Source: Gammaproteobacteria bacterium
Lineage (GTDB): Bacteria; Pseudomonadota; Gammaproteobacteria; Steroidobacterales; Rariloculaceae
Length of the DNA stretch: 64,000 nt
Direction of reading: 5' to 3'
Assembly: GCA_050485645.1 (NCBI GenBank)
Contig: JBJHBT010000005.1
Coordinates: 1,062-65,061, forward strand
Part shown: in pieces, positions 38,671-48,150 of the stretch
Layout: the number at the start of each line of letters is the position of its first letter
How positions within the stretch are numbered: the stretch's first letter is position 1
Position numbers and translations under genes: made by a program
The notes under the pieces: model-generated
Databases searched by the model: none
What the model saw: the letters and a program-made list of their open reading frames with translations, nothing else
What the model was told of the DNA's origin: nothing

Positions 38671-39332
38671 GCGTTCGGCTGCTGCTGATCGACAATTACG
38701 ATTCGTTCACTTACAACCTGGTGCAGGCATTTCTGGTGCTGGGGGCGGACGTGATCGTGTATCGCAACGATGCGATCAGCGTTGCCGAAGCGCAGGCGCT
38801 GGCGCCCACGCATCTGGTGATTTCCCCGGGGCCTGGCCGGCCCGCCGATGCCGGTGTCTCGCTGGACATGATCCGGGCGTTTGCCGGGCAGGTGCCGGTG
38901 CTGGGCGTCTGCCTGGGTCACCAGAGCATCGTCGAGGCCTTCGGTGGCGTGGTGGTGTCGGCGGCGGAACTGATGCACGGCAAAACCTCGCTGGTGCATC
39001 ACGACGGCGAGGGCCTGTTCCGCGGTCTGCCCGATCCCTGTGAGGTGGGTCGCTATCACTCGCTGGCCGCGCAGCGCGATCGCGTGCCGGATACGCTGGT
39101 CGTCACCGCACGCACCGAAGCCGGTGAGATCATGGGGGTGCGTCACCGTGAACATGCGGTGGCGGGTGTGCAGTTTCACCCCGAGAGCGTGCTTTCGCCG
39201 GACGGGCCACGGCTGCTGGCCAATTTTCTCTATCCGGATGAGTCGCATGATCCGGATGCGACGCGGGATGCGGGACAAACTCCGGCACGCAGCCCGGGCC
39301 GCCTGCTGATGGCCGATGAGGTGACGCGATGA
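38667..39332 (+). CDS. trpG: anthranilate synthase component II (glutamine amidotransferase)
   Basis: [24 protein letters not shown] (catalytic Cys), FHPES. 4-nt overlap with trpE stop. Confidence 0.93.
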
Positions 39333-40372
39333 GTTCGGAACGACGCGACAGCACCGTGTCAGGTTCAGCGCTGCTGGAGCGCCTGCTGTGCGGCACGGAT
39401 CTGGAAGAGGCGCAGGCGGCGGAACTGCTGCGGGCGATGGCCGGTGGAAGTCTGGCGCCGGCACTGGCTGGCGCGATACTGGCGGCGTTGCGCGCCAAGG
39501 GTGAGCAGCCGGCCGAGATCCGGGGCTTTGCCACCGCGATGCGGGCGCTGGCACGGCGGCCGGAGATTCCGCCCGGCCAGCTGTGCGTGGATATCGTCGG
39601 TACCGGTGGCGACGGCTCGGGCAGTCTGAATCTGTCCACGGGCGCGGCACTGCTGGCCGCTGCCGCCGGCGTGCCGGTGGTCAAGCACGGCAACCGCTCG
39701 GTATCCAGTCGCTGCGGCAGTGCCGATGTGCTCGCTGCGTTGGGCCTGCCGCTGCCGCTGGATGAGCAGCAGGCCGGCAGGGCCTTCGCCAGCCTGGGTT
39801 TTACTTTCCTGTTCGCTCCGCATTATCACCCGGCGATGAAAGAGATCGCGCCGGTGCGCGCGGCGCTGGGTGTGCGCACGGTATTCAACATCCTCGGGCC
39901 GCTGACGAACCCTGCCGCACCGCCGTTTCTCGTGGTCGGCGCGTTCAGTGAGGCCGTGGCGTCACTGATGGCCAGAACGCTGGCGGGCATGCCGATCCGG
40001 CGTGCGTTCGTGATCCACGGCGAGGGCGGCTGGGATGAGGCGACACCGGCGGGTCCCTTCGTCCGTTTCGATGTACGCGATGGCGACGTACAGCGCGTCG
40101 TTCGCGATCCATCCGACTACGGCGTCGCTCGCTGCGCGCTCGAGGATCTGCACGGCGGTGACGCCGAGCTCAACGCGGCGCGGCTGCGCGCTGCGCTGAA
40201 CGGCCAGGACACGCAGGCGCATCGCGACGCGCTGGTGTTGGCGGCTGCGCTGGCACTGGAAGTGACCGGCTCGACGCCCGACCCGCGTGAGGCGGCGAAT
40301 CGCGCCCGTCAGGCCATCGACAGCGGCGCCGCCGGGCAGCTGGTGGCCCGGCTGCCGGCGGCCGCCGGGTAG
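39329..40372 (+). CDS. trpD: anthranilate phosphoribosyltransferase
   Basis: [48 protein letters not shown] is the TrpD signature. ATGA overlap with trpG. Confidence 0.95.
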   Translation: MSSERRDSTVSGSALLERLLCGTDLEEAQAAELLRAMAGGSLAPALAGAILAALRAKGEQPAEIRGFATAMRALARRPEIPPGQLCVDIVGTGGDGSGSLNLSTGAALLAAAAGVPVVKHGNRSVSSRCGSADVLAALGLPLPLDEQQAGRAFASLGFTFLFAPHYHPAMKEIAPVRAALGVRTVFNILGPLTNPAAPPFLVVGAFSEAVASLMARTLAGMPIRRAFVIHGEGGWDEATPAGPFVRFDVRDGDVQRVVRDPSDYGVARCALEDLHGGDAELNAARLRAALNGQDTQAHRDALVLAAALALEVTGSTPDPREAANRARQAIDSGAAGQLVARLPAAAG

Positions 40373-40378
40373 GCGCGC

Positions 40379-41236
40379 GTGAGCCCCGGGACATTTCTGC
40401 AGCGCATGGCACAGGGCAGCCGTGCGCGCGTGCGCGCCGCGCGCGCGCATGAGGCCGAGGCTGCGCTGTCGGCGCGCGCCGTCGACACGCCGCCGCCGCC
40501 GCCGCTGATACTGGGCGAGTTCGACCTGATCGCGGAACTCAAGCTGCGCTCTCCGGCGGCCGGGCAGCTGGCAGCGGGCAGCTTCGATCGCGATGCGCAG
40601 ATCGAAGCTTACGCCCGCGCCGGCGCGGCGGCCGTATCCGTGCTGACGGAGCCTGATGAATTCCGGGGCAGTCTCGATCACCTGCGTGAAGCGGCCGCGC
40701 TGCTCGCACCGCATCAGGTGCCGGTGATGCGCAAGGATTTCCTCACCGATCCCTACCAGGTGCTGGAAGCCCGCGCCGCGGGTGCCGGCGGTGTGCTGAT
40801 CATCGTTGCGATGCTCGACGACGGCGAGATTGCGGAACTGCTCGCGGCGGCACGCGATTGCGGCCTGTTCGCGCTGCTGGAGGCATTCGACCGCGACGAC
40901 CTGGAACGCATTGCGAAGCTGGCCGATGCGGGCGGCACGTATCCGGCAGGTCTTCTCGTCGGCGTGAACTGTCGCGATCTCAAGGATCTCAGTGTCAGCT
41001 TCGACCGTTTTGCGACGCTGGCCCCGCATCTGCCGCCCGATCTGCCGGCCGTGGCCGAGAGTGGTGTACGTGGCGCCGACGACATCCGCACGGTGGCCGG
41101 ACTGGGCTACCGCCTGGCGCTGGTAGGTTCGGCGCTGATGCGACAGGCGGACCCGGCCGCCGCGGCAGCTGGGCTGATCGCGGCCGGGCGTGATGATTCG
41201 GTGCGCCGTATCGGCAAGGGGGCGCAGTGTTTGTAA
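40379..41236 (+). CDS. trpC: indole-3-glycerol phosphate synthase
   Basis: LIAELKLRSP, SVLTEPDEFRGS, PVMRKDFLTDPYQVLEARAAGA, VNCRDL, AESG motifs. Confidence 0.93.
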   Translation: MSPGTFLQRMAQGSRARVRAARAHEAEAALSARAVDTPPPPPLILGEFDLIAELKLRSPAAGQLAAGSFDRDAQIEAYARAGAAAVSVLTEPDEFRGSLDHLREAAALLAPHQVPVMRKDFLTDPYQVLEARAAGAGGVLIIVAMLDDGEIAELLAAARDCGLFALLEAFDRDDLERIAKLADAGGTYPAGLLVGVNCRDLKDLSVSFDRFATLAPHLPPDLPAVAESGVRGADDIRTVAGLGYRLALVGSALMRQADPAAAAAGLIAAGRDDSVRRIGKGAQCL

Positions 41237-41820
41237 AGATCTGCGGGCTGCGCACACCGGAATCGCTGAAGGCCGCCGTGGCGGCAGGCGCCGATGCCGT
41301 CGGCTTCGTGTTTGCACCGTCGCCGCGTCGCGTTACGCCCGCAGAGGCGCGCGGGCTGTGTGCGGGATTGCCTGCTCACGTCGTCCGTGTGGCCGTGATG
41401 CGGCATCCGGCGATCGATGAGTGGCAGACGGTGCTGAAGGAGTTTGCGCCGGACTGGCTGCAGACCGATGCGGCGGATTTCGCTGCCATCGATCTGCCAT
41501 CCGGCTGTGAGGCATTGCCCGTGTATCGTAACGACGCGGTGCCCGAAGCCGATGCGCTGCCACCGCGGCTGCTGTTCGAAGGCGCGGTCAGCGGCAGTGG
41601 TCGGGTCGCGGACTGGGAACAGGCGGCGTCCGTTGCGGCCGCCACATCGCTGATGCTGGCAGGTGGCCTCACTGCCGACAATGTGGTCGACGCGATCCGC
41701 GTCGTCAGACCCTGGGGTGTGGATGTGTCCAGTGGCGTTGAACGTGAGCGCGGCCACAAGGATACCGGATTGATGGAGACGTTCATTGCCCGCGTACGGA
41801 CATTGGAGACAGCAGCATGA
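41227..41820 (+). CDS. trpF: phosphoribosylanthranilate isomerase
   Basis: MFVKICGLRTPESLKAAVAAGADAVGFVFAPSPRRV; 10-nt overlap with trpC. Confidence 0.92.
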   Translation: MFVKICGLRTPESLKAAVAAGADAVGFVFAPSPRRVTPAEARGLCAGLPAHVVRVAVMRHPAIDEWQTVLKEFAPDWLQTDAADFAAIDLPSGCEALPVYRNDAVPEADALPPRLLFEGAVSGSGRVADWEQAASVAAATSLMLAGGLTADNVVDAIRVVRPWGVDVSSGVERERGHKDTGLMETFIARVRTLETAA

Positions 41821-43085
41821 AATCACACAGCACCGGCGCGGCCGCGACGGATCAGGACAGCGAGCGCCTGCTCGACGAGCTGATCGCCGGCCGGCTGCCC
41901 GATGAGAACGGCCGCTTCGGCCCTTTTGGCGGGCGTTACGTACCGGAAACCCTGATCCCGGCCATCAACCGGCTGGTGGAAGGCGTACACGACATCCTGC
42001 CGTCCGCGGATTTTCAGGCCGCTCTTCGACAGGAACTGACCAGCTGGGTAGGTCGGCCCACTGCGCTGACGCGCGCGCGGCGGCTCGGCGAGCGCTGGGG
42101 CGCCGATGTGTGGCTGAAACGTGAGGATCTGGCCCACACCGGCGCGCACAAGATCAACAACACCATCGGCCAGGCGCTGCTGGCAAAGCAGCTCGGCGCG
42201 AAGCGGGTGGTGGCCGAGACCGGCGCCGGCCAGCATGGCGTGGCGTCGGCGGCTGCCTGCGCGCGCATCGGGCTGCCGTGCACGGTGTACATGGGCGAGG
42301 TCGACGTGCAGCGGCAGGCGCCGAATGTCGATCGCATGCGCCGGCTTGGTGCCGAGGTCGTCGCGGTCACCACCGGTGATCGCACGCTGCGCGCGGCGAT
42401 CGACGAGGCTATTCGCGACTGGGTGTCCGATCCCGAGGGCACCTACTATCTGCTCGGTTCGGCCATCGGCCCACATCCCTATCCGTATCTGGTACGTGAG
42501 CTGCAGGCGGTGATCGGTCGCGAGGCGCGTGCGCAGCTGCTGGAGCAGGGCGGGCTGCCGGACGCCGTGTTTGCATGTGTTGGCGGTGGCTCGAACGCGA
42601 TCGGTATTTTCCACGGTTTCCTCGCCGATCGTGAGGTGCAGCTGATCGGTGTTGAGGCTGGCGGCTGCGGCAGCGCGCTGGGCCAGCACTCGGCCACGCT
42701 CGCGGCCGGCAGGCCGGGTGTGCTTCACGGCACGTACACCATGCTGCTGTATGACGATGGCGGACAGATCCAGGAGACGCACTCGGTGTCCGCCGGCCTG
42801 GACTATCCGGGTGTGGGACCCGAGCACGCACTGCTCAAGGTCACCGGCAGGGCGCAGTACGTCACGGCGAGCGACGATGAAGCGCTGCAGGCACTGGGTG
42901 AATGCTGTGCACTGGAGGGCATATTGCCGGCACTGGAGTCCTCGCATGCACTGGCCGGCGCGCGCCGCTGGGCGCGGGAGTTCACAGGCAGGGGTACGCC
43001 GCGGGTGCTGATCGGTCTGTCCGGGCGCGGCGACAAGGACATGCCGATACTGAGCCGGTATCCGATAACGGGAGTGCAGCCATGA
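41817..43085 (+). CDS. trpB: tryptophan synthase beta chain
   Basis: GRFGPFGGRYVPETL, LKREDLAHTGAHKINN (PLP lysine), ETGAGQHGVA, GGGSNAIG. ATGA overlap with trpF. Confidence 0.96.
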   Translation: MKSHSTGAAATDQDSERLLDELIAGRLPDENGRFGPFGGRYVPETLIPAINRLVEGVHDILPSADFQAALRQELTSWVGRPTALTRARRLGERWGADVWLKREDLAHTGAHKINNTIGQALLAKQLGAKRVVAETGAGQHGVASAAACARIGLPCTVYMGEVDVQRQAPNVDRMRRLGAEVVAVTTGDRTLRAAIDEAIRDWVSDPEGTYYLLGSAIGPHPYPYLVRELQAVIGREARAQLLEQGGLPDAVFACVGGGSNAIGIFHGFLADREVQLIGVEAGGCGSALGQHSATLAAGRPGVLHGTYTMLLYDDGGQIQETHSVSAGLDYPGVGPEHALLKVTGRAQYVTASDDEALQALGECCALEGILPALESSHALAGARRWAREFTGRGTPRVLIGLSGRGDKDMPILSRYPITGVQP

Positions 43086-43864
43086 GTGACGCGATCGCGG
43101 CACGCGAGCGTCTGCGTCAGGCGATAGAGAGTGCCGAAGGTCCGGCGCTGGTGTCGTTCGTGACCGCCGGTTTTCCGGATCGCGAAGGATTCGCGACAAC
43201 GCTGCGAGCGGTGGCCGAGGTCTCCGATGCGGTGGAACTCGGCGTGCCGTTCAGTGACCCGATGGCGGATGGCGTGACGATCCAGCGCTCCAGCCGGCAG
43301 GCGATCGCGAATGGCGTGACGCTGGAATGGATACTGGAACTGCTGGCGTGCGAACGCCACCGCCTCGCCGCGCCGGTGTTGCTGTTCAGTTACCTGAACC
43401 CGCTGTTGGTGTATGGCTTCGAGCGACTGGCCGATCGTGCCGCCGAGGTTGGCGTCACCGGCTTCATCGTGCCTGATCTGCCCTACGAGGAAAGCGCGCC
43501 GTTTCGGGCCACGATCGCGCCGCGGGGGCTGGCCCTGGTGCAGCTCGTTACGCCAGCCACGCCCGAGCCGCGTCTGAAGATGTTGTGCGAGGCCAGCGAA
43601 GGATTCGTCTACGCAGTGACACGAACCGGCATCACCGGCGGACAGCAGGGACTGCCCCCTGAGCTGGCCGGCTACCTGCGGCGCGTGAAGGCGGCATCGG
43701 CGCTGCCGGTATGCGCGGGATTCGGCGTGCGCGAAGCAGCACAGGTGGAGCTCATCGGCCGTCACGCCGATGGCGTCATCGTCGGCTCGGCGCTGGTCGA
43801 AGTACTGGAACGCGGCGAGGATCCGGCCGCGTTCCTGCGCGCCTTGAAACCCGCCGTCACGTAG
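43082..43864 (+). CDS. trpA: tryptophan synthase alpha chain
   Basis: In-frame part of ORF 42902..43864 from ATG 43082 (ATGA overlap with trpB stop). VSFVTAGFPD, VELGVPFSDPMADGVTIQ, GFIVPDLP, GFGV motifs. Confidence 0.93.
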   Translation: MSDAIAARERLRQAIESAEGPALVSFVTAGFPDREGFATTLRAVAEVSDAVELGVPFSDPMADGVTIQRSSRQAIANGVTLEWILELLACERHRLAAPVLLFSYLNPLLVYGFERLADRAAEVGVTGFIVPDLPYEESAPFRATIAPRGLALVQLVTPATPEPRLKMLCEASEGFVYAVTRTGITGGQQGLPPELAGYLRRVKAASALPVCAGFGVREAAQVELIGRHADGVIVGSALVEVLERGEDPAAFLRALKPAVT

Positions 43865-43911
43865 CGCCGGCGTGACCACTGTCAGGCCATTGGAACAGCC
43901 GGAATAGAAGG

Positions 43912-44226
43912 ATGCGTCGGGTGTTTCGCAGCGAGTTTCTGGCCGAGGTGGGGCACTACCGCAATCTGCTGGAACAGGCAGGCATCCGCTGCATGATCCG
44001 CAACGACAAACTGTCGGGTGGGCTGGGCGAGATTCCGTTTCTGGAATGCCTGCCCGAACTGTGGGTGCTCGAAGACGGTGACTTCGATGCGGCGCAGGCA
44101 TTGATCGAAGACCAGAATGGCATGCCATCATCAGCCCGCGCGTGGCGCTGTGAGCGTTGCCGTGAATCGAACGAGCCGCAGTTCGCGGTATGCTGGCAAT
44201 GTGGCCATGCGGCACCGGAATTGTGA
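43912..44226 (+). CDS. DUF2007-like small protein with C-terminal CxxC...CxxC zinc ribbon
   Basis: Pattern LLEQAGIRCMIRN...PELWVLEDGDFDAAQALI resembles the putative signal-transducing DUF2007 fold. C-terminal RCERCRESNEPQFAVCWQCG. Confidence 0.55.
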   Translation: MRRVFRSEFLAEVGHYRNLLEQAGIRCMIRNDKLSGGLGEIPFLECLPELWVLEDGDFDAAQALIEDQNGMPSSARAWRCERCRESNEPQFAVCWQCGHAAPEL

Positions 44227-44318
44227 ACGGGTTCGCGGTCCACGCGGTGGGCAGCGTCGATCGGCGATCAGAGCGCGGCCCGCCTTTCCCTTAACGTATA
44301 GCTTCCGGACCAGCGACG

Positions 44319-45062
44319 ATGTCGAAACAGCAATCCACCGCCTGCGTGATGATCATTGGAAACGAGATTCTGTCCGGCAAGACACAGGACGCGAATCTCC
44401 AGTTTCTCGCACAGGAGCTCGCGGCGCTGGGTATCCGGCTCGACGAGGCGCGTGTAATCCGCGATGTGCCCGACGTGATCGCTGCCCAACTGAACGAATG
44501 CCGTGCCCGGTACACCTATGTGTTCACGACCGGTGGCATAGGTCCGACTCACGACGATGTCACGGCAGAATCGGTGGCACGGGCATTCGGCGTCGATCTG
44601 GTCGTCGATGACGACGCCGTGCGGCGCATGAGCCGTGGCGGATCCGAGCTCAATGAAGCCCGCATGAAAATGGCTCGCGTGCCCGCCGGCGCTACGCTGA
44701 TCGACAATCCGCTCAGTCATGCACCGGGATTTCGCGTGGCCAATGTGTTCGTGCTGGCGGGTATTCCGTCGGTGGCCCGGGCAATGTTCTCTGCGCTGGC
44801 CGATCAGCTGGTTGCGGGCAGTGCGATCCAGTCACGCAGTGTGGACGTGTTCATGCGGGAAGGCGACATTGCCCAGTCGCTGGAGCGGATTGCGGATGAG
44901 CATCCTGATGTGGAAATCGGCAGCTATCCGTTCGCCCGTGATGGCCGCTACGGTGCAACGCTGGTGGTGCGCGGCACCGACCCCGATCTGCTGGACGGGG
45001 TTCGCGATCAGATCGTGGCTGCCATGCAGGGGCTGGGCGGCGATCTGAAGGTGCACGACTGA
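44319..45062 (+). CDS. CinA-N-terminal-like molybdopterin-binding (MoCF biosynthesis) domain protein
   Basis: ACVMIIGNEILSGKTQDANLQFLAQELAALGI and VFTTGGIGPTHDDVTAESVA are MoCF/CinA-N motifs. No PncC deamidase domain. Confidence 0.8.
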   Translation: MSKQQSTACVMIIGNEILSGKTQDANLQFLAQELAALGIRLDEARVIRDVPDVIAAQLNECRARYTYVFTTGGIGPTHDDVTAESVARAFGVDLVVDDDAVRRMSRGGSELNEARMKMARVPAGATLIDNPLSHAPGFRVANVFVLAGIPSVARAMFSALADQLVAGSAIQSRSVDVFMREGDIAQSLERIADEHPDVEIGSYPFARDGRYGATLVVRGTDPDLLDGVRDQIVAAMQGLGGDLKVHD

Positions 45063-45072
45063 GGAGCCGCAC

Positions 45073-45840
45073 TCAGAGGTGCGATGGCCGTGTCCGCGGC
45101 CTGATGATGACATGCGTGTCGCCGCTCGGGTTGCCCCGGGGATCGAAGCACCGTTCCATGAAGGTCAGCGTCCGGTCCGGTGCCTGCAGCACCACCGTCG
45201 AGCAGCGTGTGCCGAATGTTTCGTCGCGGATGAACAGCATGTCCTGGTAGCCTTCGTGCGGGGAGCGGCCGCCACGTGACGATCCGGATGACGGGGGCGG
45301 AGCGAGCAGGTCGAGCAGGGCTTCCAGGGGCTCATCCAGTTCCAGCGCGTGGCTCATGCCTGTCCGCGCCGCGGTGATTTTCGGCCATGTGGCATCCAGG
45401 TGGGCGTTGCTGAGCACATGCACTCCGGCGCCCAATGCGGTTGCCGTCCCTCGGTTGCTGGCATACTGCAGCACGTCTCCGTCAAAGAGCAGCAGATTGT
45501 AGGGACCGAACTCGAGCGGGGAGGATTCCAGTTGCCGTGCGAATGCGGCCGCATCCAGGCTGTCACCGAGAAACGCCGGGACCAGGGCGCCGCGCGACCG
45601 CGTGTTGTCACCGGGCGTGTACGCGGCATCGTGAAAATTCGTCACCGCCCCGAATCGGCCGAATTCGTCGACGGCCAGCCAGGTGCCACCGGCCGTCAGG
45701 TCCCGCCCGCCGAAGATTCGCGGTTCACCGCCCCACCACGACGCCGCCAGGGCCGGTCTTGCGTGCCGTTCGTCGCGATTGGCCGCGACCACGAACGGAT
45801 AACGGGTCGAGATGCCGGCCGCGACGGCGATCAGACACAT
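45073..45840 (-). CDS. NRDE family protein (TANGO2/DUF833 homologue, Ntn-hydrolase-like)
   Basis: MCLIAVAAGISTRYPFVVAANRDERHARP is the family-defining N-terminus (Cys2, NRDE). Start trimmed to ATG 45840, which overlaps the upstream ORF's stop by 10 nt. Confidence 0.85.
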   Translation of the reverse strand: MCLIAVAAGISTRYPFVVAANRDERHARPALAASWWGGEPRIFGGRDLTAGGTWLAVDEFGRFGAVTNFHDAAYTPGDNTRSRGALVPAFLGDSLDAAAFARQLESSPLEFGPYNLLLFDGDVLQYASNRGTATALGAGVHVLSNAHLDATWPKITAARTGMSHALELDEPLEALLDLLAPPPSSGSSRGGRSPHEGYQDMLFIRDETFGTRCSTVVLQAPDRTLTFMERCFDPRGNPSGDTHVIIRPRTRPSHL

Positions 45841-46418
45841 GTCAGCGACTTCGCTGGCTTGTCCGTGTCGGTCGATTGCGGCAGCGCGGTGCAGGCCGGG
45901 CAACCCGATCGCGGGATCGCCAGCAGGTCGATCACGTAGCCGCTGGAGCAGACCTCACAGGTGGCCAGACCCAGTTCCTCGCCTTTGCGGATGCTGCACA
46001 ACAGATTCCAGCTCCATTCAAATGTGAGATGCGCCCGCGGGACCAGCAGTGCGTGGGTCTCGAAACATTCGCAGAATCGGTGTCCCAGTTCGATGCTGCC
46101 ATCCAGTTTCGGTCCCGGCGGGGCATGCACGCACAGTAACTCATTGGCCAGCAACAGGTTGGCGAAGACGCCCGATTCCAGTGCACGCGCTGGCGTTCTG
46201 ATCAGTGGCGCCACCTGAGACGGTGATCGGCCACGCTTGCGCCTGACATGGCTGCCCTTCCCGAATTTGAAGTAGGAGCCGTACAGCTTGCGTATCCGGT
46301 CGTCACTGAGGCCGGTCCAGAAGCGGATCGTTCCGGTGCGGGCCTCGTGTCCAATCATGCGCATGGCAAGCTCGAACCGGGCCTGTTCGCTCCGATAGCG
46401 GTTGTCCGTTGCTCTCAT
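45831..46418 (-). CDS. FlhC-like transcriptional regulator subunit (Cys4 zinc site)
   Basis: Whole-length resemblance to FlhC (from memory). QARFELAMRMIGHEAR and LSDDRIRKLY resemble ARDIQLAMELITLGAR and LSRGRLIKLY. C154-x2-C157-x15-C173-x2-C176 resembles the FlhC Cys4 site with a 16-residue spacer. Confidence 0.7.
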   Translation of the reverse strand: MRATDNRYRSEQARFELAMRMIGHEARTGTIRFWTGLSDDRIRKLYGSYFKFGKGSHVRRKRGRSPSQVAPLIRTPARALESGVFANLLLANELLCVHAPPGPKLDGSIELGHRFCECFETHALLVPRAHLTFEWSWNLLCSIRKGEELGLATCEVCSSGYVIDLLAIPRSGCPACTALPQSTDTDKPAKSLTCV

Positions 46419-46467
46419 TATTCTTTTCCCCGCGAATCAGCGATTTTCGAGTACTTAGACTAGAATA

Positions 46468-46499
46468 ACCATAAATGGTATTTTAGGACCATATATGGT
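46468..46499. promoter_or_regulatory. paired operator-like palindromes in AT-rich divergent control region
   Basis: ACCATAAATGGT (46468-46479) and perfect palindrome ACCATATATGGT (46488-46499), centres 20 bp apart. The first overlaps a candidate plus-strand promoter: TTAGAC 46455-46460, 18-nt spacer, TATTTT 46479-46484. Confidence 0.5.
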
Positions 46500-46523
46500 A
46501 ATTCGAGACAAAAAAGAACAATC

Positions 46524-47111
46524 ATGTTATCCACAATCTTCTCTCCGGCCGACCAGCTCAGCCAGATTCACGAACTCAACCGCCTCTTCCTCACCTGCCT
46601 GTACCAGCGTGCCCGAAATGGCGAGGACTGCCTGGGGATGTCCGAGCGTGTCAGGATCCTGCTGGCTGCCGCCGACCCGCAGGCGCTGAACCGGGTGGCG
46701 GAGTTTCCGCGCTCCCTGTTCGACGTCTCGGTGCAGGAGACACTGGACGACGCGAATGCGGGTGCCGGGCAGACGGTCGCTGAACTGAGCTGCAGCGCGT
46801 TGAACATGACCATCATGCACTCCGCCTGGAACCTGAGCCGCACCAGCGGATACTATGCCCGGCTGTTCCTCGGGTTGCGCACCCGCGCGGTGGAAAGGCT
46901 GCGCCGGACCACACTGTATGAACTGCCGCAACTGGCGCTGGCCGATGGTGCGGTGCGCTGCGCGTTTGCCGGTTCCGAGAGACTGTGGCGTGAGCTGCTG
47001 TTCGATGACCGGCCCGAGGTGCGTCAGCGGCTCGGTCTGATCGTCCTGCAACCGCAGCTGGCGCTGGACTCGCACCGGGTGCTTCAGACAGCGCCGCAGT
47101 TCAGTCAGTAG
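46524..47111 (+). CDS. hypothetical protein, possible tandem FlhD-like repeat protein
   Basis: 195 aa. Two segments resemble the FlhD core [34 protein letters not shown] (from memory). They are LGMSERVRILLAAADPQALNRVAEFPRSLF and LGLRTRAVERLRRTTLYELPQLALADGAVRCAF. Similarity judged by eye only. Confidence 0.4.
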   Translation: MLSTIFSPADQLSQIHELNRLFLTCLYQRARNGEDCLGMSERVRILLAAADPQALNRVAEFPRSLFDVSVQETLDDANAGAGQTVAELSCSALNMTIMHSAWNLSRTSGYYARLFLGLRTRAVERLRRTTLYELPQLALADGAVRCAFAGSERLWRELLFDDRPEVRQRLGLIVLQPQLALDSHRVLQTAPQFSQ

Positions 47112-47205
47112 TCAGTCGCGCCCGCCAGCCTCAACCTGCCTGCTCCGCGTCCAGTACAATAACGGGCTTTTGTCATCCGCTGCCGCCTCGGAGATTGGCG
47201 CGACC

Positions 47206-48150
47206 ATGAATCCAACGCTGGACGCCCTGGCGATCAAACAGCTGCGCAAGACCTACCCGAACGGGGTCGAGGCGCTGAAGGGAATCGACCTCACAGTCCG
47301 GCAGGGCGACTTTTTCGCGCTGCTGGGTCCCAATGGCGCCGGCAAGACGACGGCGATCGGCATCATCACCTCGCTGGTGAAAAAGACCGCCGGCAGCATC
47401 AACGTGTTCGGCCACGACCTGGATCGACAGCCTGAAATCGTCAAGAGCTGTATCGGCGTCGTGCCCCAGGAAGTCAATCTCAATCTGTTCGAACGCAACG
47501 ATTTCACGCTGATCAACCAGGCCGGCTACTACGGCGTGCCGCGGCGACTCGCGACGCAGCGTGCCGAGAAGTATCTAAAGGCGCTGCACCTGTGGGACAA
47601 GCGGCATGAGTCGGCGCGCACCCTGTCCGGTGGCATGAAACGCCGCCTGATGATTGCGCGTGCCCTGGTCCACGAACCGCGACTGCTGATCCTCGACGAA
47701 CCCACCGCGGGTGTGGATATCGAGATTCGCCGGTCGATGTGGGACCTGATGCGCGAGATCAATGCCTCCGGCGTCACGATCATACTCACGACCCATTACC
47801 TGGAAGAGGCCGAGAGTCTGTGCCGCAATGTCGCCATCATCGACGAGGGTCGCATCATCGAGAACGATGCCATTGCGAACGTGGTGCGCAAACTGCAGCG
47901 CGAGGTGTTCGTGCTCACGCTCGAACAGCGCCTGAGTGAGGCGCCGGTGCTGGACGATTATGTGGTGAGGCTGCGCAATGAACATGAGCTTGAGGTCGAG
48001 GTCGACCGGGGGCAGGGGCTGAACAGGTTGTTCCAGCGGCTGTCCGAGCAGTCGCTGACCGTCGCCAGCATGCGCACCAGGAGCAACCGCCTCGAGGAGC
48101 TGTTCATCCGGCTGGTGGAGAACAAGCCGACGCGGGGGGCGGCCGCATGA
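47206..48150 (+). CDS. ABC transporter ATP-binding protein (ABC-2 exporter type, YadG-like)
   Basis: ORF 47170..48150 trimmed to ATG 47206. GPNGAGKTT, LSGGMKRRLMIARAL, LLILDEPTAGVD. Confidence 0.88.
   Translation: MNPTLDALAIKQLRKTYPNGVEALKGIDLTVRQGDFFALLGPNGAGKTTAIGIITSLVKKTAGSINVFGHDLDRQPEIVKSCIGVVPQEVNLNLFERNDFTLINQAGYYGVPRRLATQRAEKYLKALHLWDKRHESARTLSGGMKRRLMIARALVHEPRLLILDEPTAGVDIEIRRSMWDLMREINASGVTIILTTHYLEEAESLCRNVAIIDEGRIIENDAIANVVRKLQREVFVLTLEQRLSEAPVLDDYVVRLRNEHELEVEVDRGQGLNRLFQRLSEQSLTVASMRTRSNRLEELFIRLVENKPTRGAAA

Noticed and set aside
41823-44215. Minus-strand ORFs 41823..43199 (458 aa) and 42803..44215 (470 aa)
   Set aside because: Antisense to trpB, trpA and the DUF2007-like gene. 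No motifs.
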